From a candidate division WOR-3 bacterium (GTDB lineage Bacteria; Hydrothermota; Tepidihabitantia; SM23-42; JAOAFX01), in assembly GCA_037444665.1 (NCBI GenBank), contig JBBILZ010000046.1, positions 1 to 18,482 of the forward strand: DNA of 18,482 bases. Reading direction: 5' to 3'. The notes beneath the pieces are model-generated. The model saw only the letters and a program-made list of their open reading frames with translations, searched no databases and was not told where the DNA came from. This document shows, piece by piece, positions 1-8,538 of this stretch. The stretch's first letter is position 1. Each line of letters opens with the position of its first letter. Both the position numbers and the translations under genes were made by a program.

Positions 1-2
1 AT

Positions 3-416
3 GTCTCAAACCCCTCCTCACCTTATGAGACAGGCTATTATGATACACCAGGCGGCGCTTGGGATGTCTATGTCTCTGGTTCTTATGCCTATGTCGCAGA
101 TCATGATGCTGGTCTAAGGATTTATCAATATTATGGAATAGGGATTGCAGAAGGTAGCTCAAAAGGGCTATCACGGATAAGGTTATTAAAGAACCCAGTG
201 CAGGAGAGTATAGAATTGCTCTTGGACATTCCTTTAGAAAAAGAAGTGCATTTGTGCTTTTATAATACCCTTGGCCAGAAGATAAGGACCTATAATATCA
301 ATAAGGGTTTAAAAGGCAATCTCTCCTTACCCACTGCTGGGCTTTCAAATGGGATATACTTCTTGAAATTGGAAGGTATTGAGAGTGGTTTGATGAAGGT
401 GGTGGTTGTTCGGTAA
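3..416 (+). CDS. 3' part of a secreted LVIVD-repeat protein with a T9SS/Por-type C-terminal sorting domain (5'-truncated by the window)
   Basis: Frame 3 is open from the window edge: [43 protein letters not shown] (LVIVD repeat pattern), then NPVQ...FYNTLGQKI...[10 protein letters not shown]...KVVVVR* (typical CTD). The ORF-track start at 198 is internal. Confidence 0.85.
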   Translation, partial: VSNPSSPYETGYYDTPGGAWDVYVSGSYAYVADHDAGLRIYQYYGIGIAEGSSKGLSRIRLLKNPVQESIELLLDIPLEKEVHLCFYNTLGQKIRTYNINKGLKGNLSLPTAGLSNGIYFLKLEGIESGLMKVVVVR

Positions 417-420
417 AGAA

Positions 421-463
421 AATACCTAAAAGTCCAAAATGCCTAAATACCTAAATACCTCAA
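421..463. repeat. Degenerate 8-mer tandem repeat (AATACCTA-like)
   Basis: aatacctaaa...aatgccta aataccta aatacctc. Confidence 0.6.
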
Positions 464-521
464 AGTGAATCATTTGTCGTTGGACGGTTTCGCCGCCCGC
501 ATGTGATGATGAAAAATAGAG

Positions 522-564
522 AGACCAAAAAGACCAGACAGACTAAATAGACCAAAAATGACCA
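522..564. repeat. Degenerate 9-mer tandem repeat (AGACCAAAA-like)
   Basis: agaccaaaa agaccagac agactaaat agaccaaaa atgacca. The 13-mer actaaatagacca (542-554) recurs at 747-759. Confidence 0.7.
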
Positions 565-618
565 TGGCCTATAACCATACCGGCGGCCACGCCCTATAAC
601 CACCGACTATCTTTTGGA

Positions 619-635
619 GTAGGGACTTTAGTCCC
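619..635 (+). repeat. REP-like GTAG-prefixed palindrome
   Basis: GTAGGGACTTTAGTCCC: GTAG overlapping a GGGACT-TT-AGTCCC inverted repeat. Confidence 0.45.
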
Positions 636-711
636 GTGTTTTGAAAGGGTAATAAAGGGTTATCAGGGGGAATCAGGGGATGGGAGGATATGTGGATGTG
701 AAGTTGGGAGA

Positions 712-736
712 TAGTAGGTAGTAGGTAGTAAGTAGG
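712..736. repeat. Heptamer tandem repeat TAGTAGG (about 3.5 copies)
   Basis: tagtagg tagtagg tagtaag tagg. Confidence 0.8.
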
Positions 737-800
737 GGATAAAAAAACTAAATAGACCAGCCGAAGGTCCCGAGCAAATGCGAGGGGAAAGGCAGAATAA

Positions 801-863
801 ATCCAGTATCAAGTATCGAGAATCAAACATCAAGTATCGAGTATCCAGTATCCAGTATCAAGG
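801..863. repeat. Heptamer tandem repeat ATCNAGT (9 copies)
   Basis: atccagt atcaagt atcgaga atcaaac atcaagt atcgagt atccagt atccagt atcaagg. Confidence 0.9.
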
Positions 864-889
864 AATGGATTTGAAGTGTGAAGACTGAC

Positions 890-1891
890 CTAACAGATTC
901 TTGGCAGGCCTTCGGCCTCAAGTTGTAAGAGTGGCCTTAATCCGCCAATGTTTGTGCGTAACCATACTCCAGAAAGGTCTTTTTTTATTTCACCTATTAC
1001 CCGGGCATTTTTCCCGAGAGGATATTTTTTTAAAAAAGATAAAACTGCTTTGGTATGACTGCTATCAATTACTGCAATAAATTTACCTTCGTTTGCAATA
1101 TAGAGTGGGTCAAGTCCAAGAATCTCACAGGCACCTTTTACCTCAGGTTTTACAGGGATATCCGCTTCGCTAATGACAATGCCCCATTCTTTTTTTTCTG
1201 TAATCTCATTCAAAACCGCAACGACACCGCCCCTGGTGGGGTCGCGCATAAATTTTATGTTAAAATCTTTTTGAAATAATTTATTGGTGATAAGATTTAA
1301 TGGTGCGCAATCGCTTTTAAAGTTTGCCTTTAAATTTAGGTTCAACCGCTGATTCATTATCGCAATGCCATGGTCTCCAATTGTGCCGCTGATAATAACC
1401 TTGTCACCGGGCTTTATCTCTTCAACTCCTAAATGTTTTTTGATCGTGCCGATGCCCGAGGTCGTGATAAAAATCTTATCTGCCTTCCCTCTCTCCACCA
1501 CCTTTGTATCACCGCACACCACGCGCACCCCGCTCTTTTTCGCAGTTGCTGATGCAGATTTTAAAATTTTTTCCAACGCAATAAATTCCAAGCCTTCTTC
1601 AAGAATTAGAGAAAAAGAGATATATTGTGGGATTGCTCCTTTCATTGTCAGGTCATTTATCGTGCCACAGATTGAAAGTTTGCCAATATCTCCACCTGGA
1701 AAAAATATGGGATTTATCACATAGGAATCTGTAGTAAAGGCGATGTTCTTTTTCTTGATATTTAGTTCTGCAGAGTCTTCAAGTTTTTTTAATGCCGGGT
1801 CAGGAAAGTATTTTAGAATTAAATCTTTTATTAAACGATTAGTTAATAAGCCACCTGAACCATGCCCCAAGCTTATTTTTCTATCTTTCAT
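890..1891 (-). CDS. hypE: Hydrogenase maturation carbamoyl dehydratase HypE
   Basis: N-terminal ISLGHGSGG, then FTTDSYVINPIFFPGGDIGKLSICGTINDL, GDTKVVERG, MRDPTRGG, DPLYIANEG and the diagnostic C-terminal PRIC. ATG at 1891 is preferred over TTG at 1897. Confidence 0.95.
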   Translation of the reverse strand: MKDRKISLGHGSGGLLTNRLIKDLILKYFPDPALKKLEDSAELNIKKKNIAFTTDSYVINPIFFPGGDIGKLSICGTINDLTMKGAIPQYISFSLILEEGLEFIALEKILKSASATAKKSGVRVVCGDTKVVERGKADKIFITTSGIGTIKKHLGVEEIKPGDKVIISGTIGDHGIAIMNQRLNLNLKANFKSDCAPLNLITNKLFQKDFNIKFMRDPTRGGVVAVLNEITEKKEWGIVISEADIPVKPEVKGACEILGLDPLYIANEGKFIAVIDSSHTKAVLSFLKKYPLGKNARVIGEIKKDLSGVWLRTNIGGLRPLLQLEAEGLPRIC

Positions 1892-1893
1892 AA

Positions 1894-2715
1894 TCAATGT
1901 AGATTATATCCAAGAACCGCACCGGCCGGAGGTAGTAGTGTAATTGTAATTCCGATAATCCTGGGCCAGGGTTTACTATTGCTGGATTCATAGTAAGAAA
2001 AAGCAGCAGAACTTATCAATGCCCCAATCCCTGCACCAATTGCAGATTTCCACCATGAGCCGCGCTCTTTAAACAACTTTCCTGTAATTGTTGTGGTTGT
2101 GCTGGTAAAGAGCATATTAGATGCGGTGTACAAGGGGATTATATTCTGTGGTTCAATATATTCGTAATTAAAAGAATAAAAGTAAATGCTGATCAAAAAA
2201 GAGAGTCCCAATCCAATACATCCACCCATACCTTCAAATGTATATATCCCTGTCTGCCTGAAGAATTTATTACTATCCCAGTTATAACCAACCACTGCGC
2301 CGTATGCTGGAAATAGCGTATATTCTACACCGAATCTATGGTAATTATACTCAATAAAAGAAACAAATATACTTGCAATACCTGCGCCGATTGCTGCTTT
2401 GTACCAATTGCCTTTTTGATTAAAGAGTTTTCCTGTTAAATGTGTGGCAGCAGTGCTTGTCGTCGTAGTAAGTAGGGCATAGCCGATACCAGAGAACCAG
2501 CGTTCAGGTCCTTTTTTCCATTGTTCCTCAGTGTTGAAAGAATACAGGCTGAAATGGGATACTAATGCGCCCGCTTCGGCTGCGATAAATTCAAAACCAT
2601 AGTTTAACACAGAATTCTGTAATCTCTGGTTCACATAAAGATTTTCATCCTGCAATTTGAATTCCTGAATATACCCATTGCTATGATTTATTGCCAAAAA
2701 AATTATGATTACCAT
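1894..2715 (-). CDS. Hypothetical membrane protein made of two tandem homologous ~110-aa units
   Basis: 273-aa ORF with a GGAG SD upstream and Gly/Ala-rich hydrophobic segments. Motifs TGKLF..G.W.K.AIGAGI and GAV.GYN each occur twice. Confidence 0.75.
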   Translation of the reverse strand: MVIIIFLAINHSNGYIQEFKLQDENLYVNQRLQNSVLNYGFEFIAAEAGALVSHFSLYSFNTEEQWKKGPERWFSGIGYALLTTTTSTAATHLTGKLFNQKGNWYKAAIGAGIASIFVSFIEYNYHRFGVEYTLFPAYGAVVGYNWDSNKFFRQTGIYTFEGMGGCIGLGLSFLISIYFYSFNYEYIEPQNIIPLYTASNMLFTSTTTTITGKLFKERGSWWKSAIGAGIGALISSAAFSYYESSNSKPWPRIIGITITLLPPAGAVLGYNLH

Positions 2716-2735
2716 AGCTCTCCAATAAAAATATA

Positions 2736-3731
2736 TTATTTCACTTGCAGCCAGTCAATTGCCCTCTTTATTTCAAATTCAACATCTCCTGGAATTGCGT
2801 GACCATAGCCCGCATACGCCTGAAAACTTACACTGATGCCAGCATTGATTAATGCCTTTAATCCATATAGATTTCCTTCTACCCTGTATTCTGGTTCATC
2901 TTCGCCTATCATTACTACAAATTTTATCCCTTTTTCTTTTGCCATATTCACATATTGATTAAAGGTTGAATCATAAAAGCCCGCAACTACAATAACACCT
3001 TTAAACAGGTCTACGTCCTTTAATCCAAGATAATAAGCAGTTGTGCCTCCCTGAGAAAAACCTAAAAGGATTATCCGCTCTCTATCAATTCGGTAGTGAT
3101 TGTCCATAAATTGAATCGTCTCAATTATTCTCTTTTCTGCATCTTCAAGCTCTGACCAGCCAAAACTTGTTTTGCCCATAATATACGGACCATAAGGACA
3201 GCAGAGAATGTATCCTGTGGCATTGGAAATTTTTTGCAGGGCTCGTGAAAAGTCTTCAGGATTACTACCCCAGCCATGCATAGCAATGATTAAGGGATAA
3301 ACCCTGTTTGTATCATAATTTTCCGGCAGGGTTGTGAGCGGTTCAAATACCTGACCTTTGAGTTGTTTAAGTAGTTTGTTCGCCTTGGCAAGCAATCTTT
3401 TGTATTCTTTTGTTTCCCTGATATTATTTAAATCTTCATCTTCATCAAATGAATATAAACCCAGGTCAATCGCCTTATTGAGCCATTTCAATGCCTCGGT
3501 TTTATTGTTCATTAAACTGTAGGAGCAGGCAATATTGTAGGTCACTGCAGTATGGCCTGGCCTGAATCTTAATACAGATTTATAGTTATCAATGGCGCTC
3601 TGGTATTCTCCCTTAGTCAAGGCAGTATTTGCCATCTGTAGATAGACCCTTGCTGAATCAATCTCTTCTGCTTTTAAAAAAAGAAATGGAATAAATATTA
3701 ATATAAAAATTTTTATTCTATTAATTATCAT
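2736..3731 (-). CDS. Exported TPR-domain plus alpha/beta-hydrolase (carboxylesterase/phospholipase-like)
   Basis: Signal-peptide-like N-terminus, TPR segment (YNIACSYSLMNNKTEALKWLNKAIDLG), MHGWGS, nucleophile elbow GFSQGG and C-terminal GHAI histidine. A GGAGG SD precedes the ATG at 3731. Confidence 0.85.
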   Translation of the reverse strand: MIINRIKIFILIFIPFLFLKAEEIDSARVYLQMANTALTKGEYQSAIDNYKSVLRFRPGHTAVTYNIACSYSLMNNKTEALKWLNKAIDLGLYSFDEDEDLNNIRETKEYKRLLAKANKLLKQLKGQVFEPLTTLPENYDTNRVYPLIIAMHGWGSNPEDFSRALQKISNATGYILCCPYGPYIMGKTSFGWSELEDAEKRIIETIQFMDNHYRIDRERIILLGFSQGGTTAYYLGLKDVDLFKGVIVVAGFYDSTFNQYVNMAKEKGIKFVVMIGEDEPEYRVEGNLYGLKALINAGISVSFQAYAGYGHAIPGDVEFEIKRAIDWLQVK

Positions 3732-3744
3732 CCTACCTCCTTTT

Positions 3745-4689
3745 TTAAAGTTCCAGTTCATAGGTGTCCCTTAAAAATCCCCGCGCATTGAAATTTTCTT
3801 TGAATCTTCCAAGCCCCCAGTTCGGTTCCATATTCAGGGTGAATGTGCCCAGGTCAAGGTATTTGTAGCCTTTTAACCTTCCCCATTTAATTACTTCGTA
3901 GAACAGAATATTAACTGGACGATATGCCTGGTAATGTGCATTATGGCTGATATAGAAGGCAAGGATTACGCGCGGATTCGTTACAAAGACGACCATCCCA
4001 CCAATCATTTTTTCTTTGAGATAAACACCAAATAAAATTATCTCATCAGGAAAAAGATTTTTTAATTTTAAAAGTTCGGGCAGGGTATGGGTTGGTGAGA
4101 CATTGTGGCGCATACCAAGGTTATTTTTTAATATTTCGTAGTACTGGGCATAGTCATCAGAAATCTTTACCTTGAGCCCCTCACGCATAGCCTTTTTTGT
4201 AGAACGTCGTGCATCAGGATGAAATGTTAAAAGTGGTTCTGCCACATCAAGGGGTATGACTGCGGTAATCTCTCTTTTACGGTATTTAAATCCATGGCGC
4301 ATTAATGCAAAATCAATGTATTGATGCGGTTCCTGGTAATAAATGAGCGGGGTCTGGGTCAATACCAATTTTTTAATCCCTTCTTTTTTTAGATATTCTA
4401 TCAAATGTGATACACAGAGATAGATTTCATGGATTCCGATACCGTTTTTTAACACAAATCCACCATAGGACGCACCCTTGTGCGAGATCATTGTTTTATC
4501 TTCCACTACTGCAGGAACTAAAGCAATGATATTTTCTTTTTCTTTAATGAGTAAATTGTTGTGTTTAAAGCGTCCTGGTGGATGGTAACTCAAAAATTTT
4601 AGGGTGTGAAAGATTGTCCCATTATTTGCCTGATAGACAAGTTCTTCCCATTCATGGTGGTTCTTTTCTGTGAAGGCACATACTTCCAT
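3745..4689 (-). CDS. GNAT-fold / FemAB-like acyltransferase
   Basis: WEELVYQANNGTIFHTLKFLSYH, SHKGASYGG, RHNVSPTHTLPEL, YLDLGT...GLGRFKENFNA. Start placed at ATG 4689 because ATG 4695 abuts the -10 box. Confidence 0.8.
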   Translation of the reverse strand: MEVCAFTEKNHHEWEELVYQANNGTIFHTLKFLSYHPPGRFKHNNLLIKEKENIIALVPAVVEDKTMISHKGASYGGFVLKNGIGIHEIYLCVSHLIEYLKKEGIKKLVLTQTPLIYYQEPHQYIDFALMRHGFKYRKREITAVIPLDVAEPLLTFHPDARRSTKKAMREGLKVKISDDYAQYYEILKNNLGMRHNVSPTHTLPELLKLKNLFPDEIILFGVYLKEKMIGGMVVFVTNPRVILAFYISHNAHYQAYRPVNILFYEVIKWGRLKGYKYLDLGTFTLNMEPNWGLGRFKENFNARGFLRDTYELEL

Positions 4690-4695
4690 AATCAT

Positions 4696-4723
4696 ATTGT
4701 ATTCAAAACAATCACAATGTCAA
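4696..4723 (-). promoter_or_regulatory. sigma70-like promoter for the GNAT-hypE operon (leaderless)
   Basis: TTGACA-16 nt-TACAAT, 6 nt before ATG 4689. Confidence 0.7.
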
Positions 4724-4744
4724 CCTAATTTCTTTTTTCATCAA

Positions 4745-4772
4745 TTGACAATCTAAAAATTTTTGCTATAAT
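4745..4772 (+). promoter_or_regulatory. sigma70-like promoter for the GT2 operon
   Basis: TTGACA-16 nt-TATAAT with extended TG, 6 nt before GTG 4779. Confidence 0.8.
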
Positions 4773-4778
4773 CAACAA

Positions 4779-5453
4779 GTGCAAACAGAATTGATGGTTT
4801 CCGTGGTTATTCCAGTTTATAATGAGCGTGGTAATATAGAAAGATTGCTCCAGGCAGTAAAAGCAGTTCAGCTTAAAAAAGAACTTATTGTTGTAGATGA
4901 TTTTTCTACGGATGGCACAAGAGACTATTTAAAAAAATTGAACGATGTAAAGGTTGTATTTCATGAAAAGAATATGGGCAAGGGTGCTGCTATTCGCACT
5001 GGATTGAAGTATGTGAGTGGTGATGTGGTAATTATCCAGGATGCTGATTTGGAGTATTCACCCGAGGAGTATCCAAAACTCCTCAAACCCATCTCTGCTG
5101 GTTATACAAGGGTGGTCTATGGCTCAAGGATTCTGGGCAAAGGCAAGTTCTTAAAAAAGAGTTATTTTGCCAATCGTGTATTAACCCTGCTTACCAATCT
5201 TATGTTTCAGGGACACATCACAGATATGGAGACCTGTTATAAAATGGTTGACCGCAGATTGCTCCAGAGTTTGAATCTTGTATCATCAAGATTTGAAATA
5301 GAACCGGAAATTACCTGCAAATTATTGAGAAGAAAGATTAAGATTTTTGAAGTTCCTGTTTCTTATTATGGTCGCAAGGCAGGTAAAAAGATTGGTGTAA
5401 AAGATGGCATCCAGGCGATATGGAACATTTTGAAATGGAAGATTATCAAATGA
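4779..5453 (+). CDS. Glycosyltransferase family 2 (polyprenol-phosphate/DPM-synthase-like)
   Basis: SVVIPVYNE, VVDDFSTDGT, NMGKGAAIR, IIQDADLEY, VYGSR, TDMETCYK, FEIEPEIT. Confidence 0.93.
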   Translation: MQTELMVSVVIPVYNERGNIERLLQAVKAVQLKKELIVVDDFSTDGTRDYLKKLNDVKVVFHEKNMGKGAAIRTGLKYVSGDVVIIQDADLEYSPEEYPKLLKPISAGYTRVVYGSRILGKGKFLKKSYFANRVLTLLTNLMFQGHITDMETCYKMVDRRLLQSLNLVSSRFEIEPEITCKLLRRKIKIFEVPVSYYGRKAGKKIGVKDGIQAIWNILKWKIIK

Positions 5454-5469
5454 AATTATTTTATAAAAA

Positions 5470-5504
5470 TTGGGATTTTGAATCTGGGGTTTGGAATTTG
5501 GGAT
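5470..5504. repeat. Heptamer tandem repeat TTGGRAT-like (5 copies) between GT2 and GT4
   Basis: ttgggat tttgaat ctggggt ttggaat ttgggat. Confidence 0.7.
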
Positions 5505-5511
5505 TTTTGCA

Positions 5512-6681
5512 ATGAGGATTCTCTTTGTTGCCACGGCATTTCCCCGATATGAAGGTGATGTTATCACACCCTGGATGACCGAACTCATTAAGCGGCTGAG
5601 CAACAAGGGTATTGAAATTTCAGTTTTTACATCAAGTTACAAAGGAATGCGTAACCAGGTCTGGCATAACATTAATGTATACAGATTCAGGTATTTTTTT
5701 AAAAAATACGAAAGGCTGACCCACGAAGAGACTGCAGTGGACAAATTCGGCAAAGGCGGGTTGAATGTAGTGTTGAGTTTTTTCTATCTACTGTTTGGCA
5801 CGATTGCCATTGCCCGGCTTGTGCGAAAGAAAAAATTTGATATTGTCCATATCAACTGGCCCTTTCCCCACATCATCTTTGGACTGTGTGCAAAGGCATT
5901 TTCCCGCTGTTGTATCTTTGCTACATTTTATGGTCTTGAGATCCGCTGGCTAAAGAAAAAATTTCCTTTTTTTGTCAAACCCTTTGCCTGGTTAATAAAC
6001 CGTGCTGATGTCATCACCGCAATCTCAAACCATACCGCAAGCGAATTAAAAGGGATTGTCAAAAAAGATATTCCGATTATTCCCTTTAGTATTACTGTTG
6101 AGTCAAAGGTTGCTGAACTATCAGATGAACATTACATATTATTTGTTGGTCGGCATGTTGAGAGAAAGGGTGTGCACATATTGATTGATGCATTTAAACA
6201 AATCTACCAGGATATTCTTCATAATGTAGTTATTATCGGCGATGGTCCTGAACGGAAAAACTGGGAAAAGATGGCTGCAGACTATGGATTGACAAAAAGA
6301 ATTGTATTCACGGGCTGGGTTTCAACTGAAGAACTATATAAATACTATCAGAATTGTAGTTTTTTTGTTTTGCCTGCCACTTATGATAAGCATGGTGATA
6401 CAGAAGGGCTCGGTGTGGTTATGATTGAAGCAATGGCTTATTCTAAACCCGTGATTGCATCAAATGTGGGTGGCATCACTGATGTTGTGATTGATGGGTT
6501 TAATGGGCTACTTGTTCCGCATAATGACCCTGAGGCACTTGCTTATGCAATTAAAAGACTTGCTCTGGATAAGACATTGTGTAGAAAACTTGGTGAAAAT
6601 GCCAAGCAGAGTATTGACGAAAAGTTTAATTGGAATAAAATAGTATTGAGATTAATGGAGTTATATGAAGCAAATCATTGA
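5512..6681 (+). CDS. Glycosyltransferase family 4 (GT-B)
   Basis: MRILFVATAFPR, LFVGRHVERKG, IIGDGPER, EGLGVVMIEAMAYSKPVIASNVGGITDVV. ATG 5512 chosen; the upstream TTG lies in the repeat. Confidence 0.93.
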   Translation: MRILFVATAFPRYEGDVITPWMTELIKRLSNKGIEISVFTSSYKGMRNQVWHNINVYRFRYFFKKYERLTHEETAVDKFGKGGLNVVLSFFYLLFGTIAIARLVRKKKFDIVHINWPFPHIIFGLCAKAFSRCCIFATFYGLEIRWLKKKFPFFVKPFAWLINRADVITAISNHTASELKGIVKKDIPIIPFSITVESKVAELSDEHYILFVGRHVERKGVHILIDAFKQIYQDILHNVVIIGDGPERKNWEKMAADYGLTKRIVFTGWVSTEELYKYYQNCSFFVLPATYDKHGDTEGLGVVMIEAMAYSKPVIASNVGGITDVVIDGFNGLLVPHNDPEALAYAIKRLALDKTLCRKLGENAKQSIDEKFNWNKIVLRLMELYEANH

Positions 6682-7249
6682 AGCATTATTGATAGCAACT
6701 GATGCACCTCTAAGTGTGGAAAGAATTGCGGATATTGTCAATTGCCCGGCTGAAGAGGTCAGAAGTCATATTGAAACACTGAATCAGGAATACAAAGAAA
6801 CAGGTCGGGCATTTGAAATAAAAGAGGTTGCAGGTGGTTTTCAAATTTACACATTACCTGAATATGCTGACTTTGTGGGTAAACTAAAACAGAAAAAAGA
6901 GAAGTTATCAAAGGCAGCACTGGAAACACTAGCAATTATTGCCTATCACCAGCCCATTACCCGTGCCGAGGTTGAAAAGGCAAGGGGTGTGGATTCTTCG
7001 TATATCCTTGAGAGCCTTCTGGAAAAAGGCTTGATAAAGACCTGTGGCAGATTACCCACACCAGGAAGGCCAATAAAATATAGCACGACCAATGAATTTT
7101 TGAGATATTTTGGCATAAGGGATTTGAGTGAGTTGCCCAGGGAAGAAGATTTTGCTGAACCCGCCATTGAGACTCCGATGAGTTCACAATCAGAACAGGA
7201 AAAGGCTGACGAATCCATAGAAGAAGAATTTAAAGACATCCAAGATTAA
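6665..7249 (+). CDS. scpB: SMC-Scp complex subunit ScpB
   Basis: IIEALL, EVAGGFQIYT, LSKAALETLAIIAYHQPITRAEVEKARGVDS, PGRPIKYSTTNEFLRYFGIRDLSELP. Confidence 0.95.
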   Translation: MKQIIEALLIATDAPLSVERIADIVNCPAEEVRSHIETLNQEYKETGRAFEIKEVAGGFQIYTLPEYADFVGKLKQKKEKLSKAALETLAIIAYHQPITRAEVEKARGVDSSYILESLLEKGLIKTCGRLPTPGRPIKYSTTNEFLRYFGIRDLSELPREEDFAEPAIETPMSSQSEQEKADESIEEEFKDIQD

Positions 7250-7893
7250 TGTCAGTAAAAGAAGAAGTAAAACAGTTTTTAAAAAATTATCGGGTAAAAA
7301 TTATTGGTTTTGGTAAAATTCCAACGACCGTAGAAAAATTTGAAATAACCGAAAATTATCCGCGGGTAATTGTGTTTGGTTATCAAATAGCAAAGAGTGT
7401 CCTGAATACTATAAAAGATAGCCCCACGCTCATTTATAAACAGCACTATAAAACAGTAAACTGGCTCCTTGACCAGACCGCATACCATCTTGTGCAATTC
7501 ATTGTAGATAAAGGGTTTAATGCTCTGGCAATTCCTGCTTCTCAGACCGTGGACTGGCAAAATCAGAAAGGTCACATCTCTCATAAATTGCTTGCCCTGG
7601 AATCAGGGTTGGGTTATATTGGTAGGAGCGGACTTCTGGTTAATCCCCAATTTGGGGCACAGGTGCGCTATGTTTCGGTTCTTACTGACATTGAATTTGA
7701 ACCAGATGAAAAGATTTCGGGTGACTGTGGTAATTGTAGAAAATGTATTATTGCCTGCCCTGCTGGCGCGATCAGCGAGCAGGGGTTAGATTTAAAAAAG
7801 TGTCTGACAAAATTAAGAGAATTTTCCCGGATACCGGGTATTGGACAATATATCTGTGGAGTCTGTGTCCGGGTGTGTAATGGCAGAGATTAA
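7249..7893 (+). CDS. QueG-like / reductive-dehalogenase-like 4Fe-4S dicluster protein (possible epoxyqueuosine reductase)
   Basis: ISHKLLALESGLGYIGRSGLLVNPQFGAQVRYVSVLTD, CGNCRKCIIACPAGAI, CGVCVRVC. Coupled to scpB by a TAATG overlap. Confidence 0.75.
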   Translation: MSVKEEVKQFLKNYRVKIIGFGKIPTTVEKFEITENYPRVIVFGYQIAKSVLNTIKDSPTLIYKQHYKTVNWLLDQTAYHLVQFIVDKGFNALAIPASQTVDWQNQKGHISHKLLALESGLGYIGRSGLLVNPQFGAQVRYVSVLTDIEFEPDEKISGDCGNCRKCIIACPAGAISEQGLDLKKCLTKLREFSRIPGIGQYICGVCVRVCNGRD

Positions 7894-8422
7894 AGAACCT
7901 CAAAAAGTTTTTGCATTTGCCGGATTGATATATATTAGTGATTTTGATATTTATTCTGCACTTGATGGCTTAAAAGATTTGGTTGGTGGGGTCATTAAAA
8001 AGTCTGATATTTTTCCTTTCATCCATACCACATACTACACAAATGAAATGGGTGAAGGTCTTTTGCGGCAATGGATATTATTTGAAAAATTAATCAAACC
8101 GGATTTGCTTATAGATTTGAAGCATAAGAGTAATGAGATTGAAAAAAATTTTTTGAATGAAAATGGTGGGAGAAAAATAAATATTGACCCGGGTCTGGTT
8201 TCTTTGAACAATATCATCCTCGCCTCAACAAAGAATTACGCACACAGGATATACCTGGGCAGGGGCATATACGCAGAAGTTACGCTAATCTATAAAGACC
8301 GTCAATTCCGACCCCTTGAATGGACATATCCAGATTATCGGGAAGATTCTGCATTAAGATTTTTTTCCGAATCTCGCATTGTACTAAAAAATTTGCAGTA
8401 TGAATATAAATATAACCAATGA
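7880..8422 (+). CDS. DUF4416 family protein
   Basis: HTTYYTNEMG, LKHKSNEIE, RKINIDPG, ILASTKNYAHRIYLGRGIYAEVTL, PLEWTYPDYR. ATG at 7880. Confidence 0.85.
   Translation: MAEIKEPQKVFAFAGLIYISDFDIYSALDGLKDLVGGVIKKSDIFPFIHTTYYTNEMGEGLLRQWILFEKLIKPDLLIDLKHKSNEIEKNFLNENGGRKINIDPGLVSLNNIILASTKNYAHRIYLGRGIYAEVTLIYKDRQFRPLEWTYPDYREDSALRFFSESRIVLKNLQYEYKYNQ
8376..8385 (+). repeat. Left copy of the 10-bp direct repeat GCATTGTACT flanking the R-M cassette
   Basis: Identical to 10041-10050. Confidence 0.5.
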
Positions 8423-8501
8423 AAGTGTAGCAAAGGTTGATAAGGCAAGAATTTATTGCAAATTAAAAGATAGTTTTGTTAAATTCTAAGGCACATCACC
8501 C

Positions 8502-8529
8502 TTGACTTTATGACTTTATGGGATAAAAT
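8502..8529 (+). promoter_or_regulatory. sigma70-like promoter of the methyltransferase
   Basis: TTGACT-16 nt-TAAAAT, 9 nt before ATG 8539. Contains tandem TGACTTTA x2. Confidence 0.6.
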
Positions 8530-8538
8530 TTATATTAT

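Noticed and set aside
417..889. CRISPR array
   Set aside because: Units are 7-10 nt and tandem, without unique 30-40 nt spacers, and no cas genes are present.
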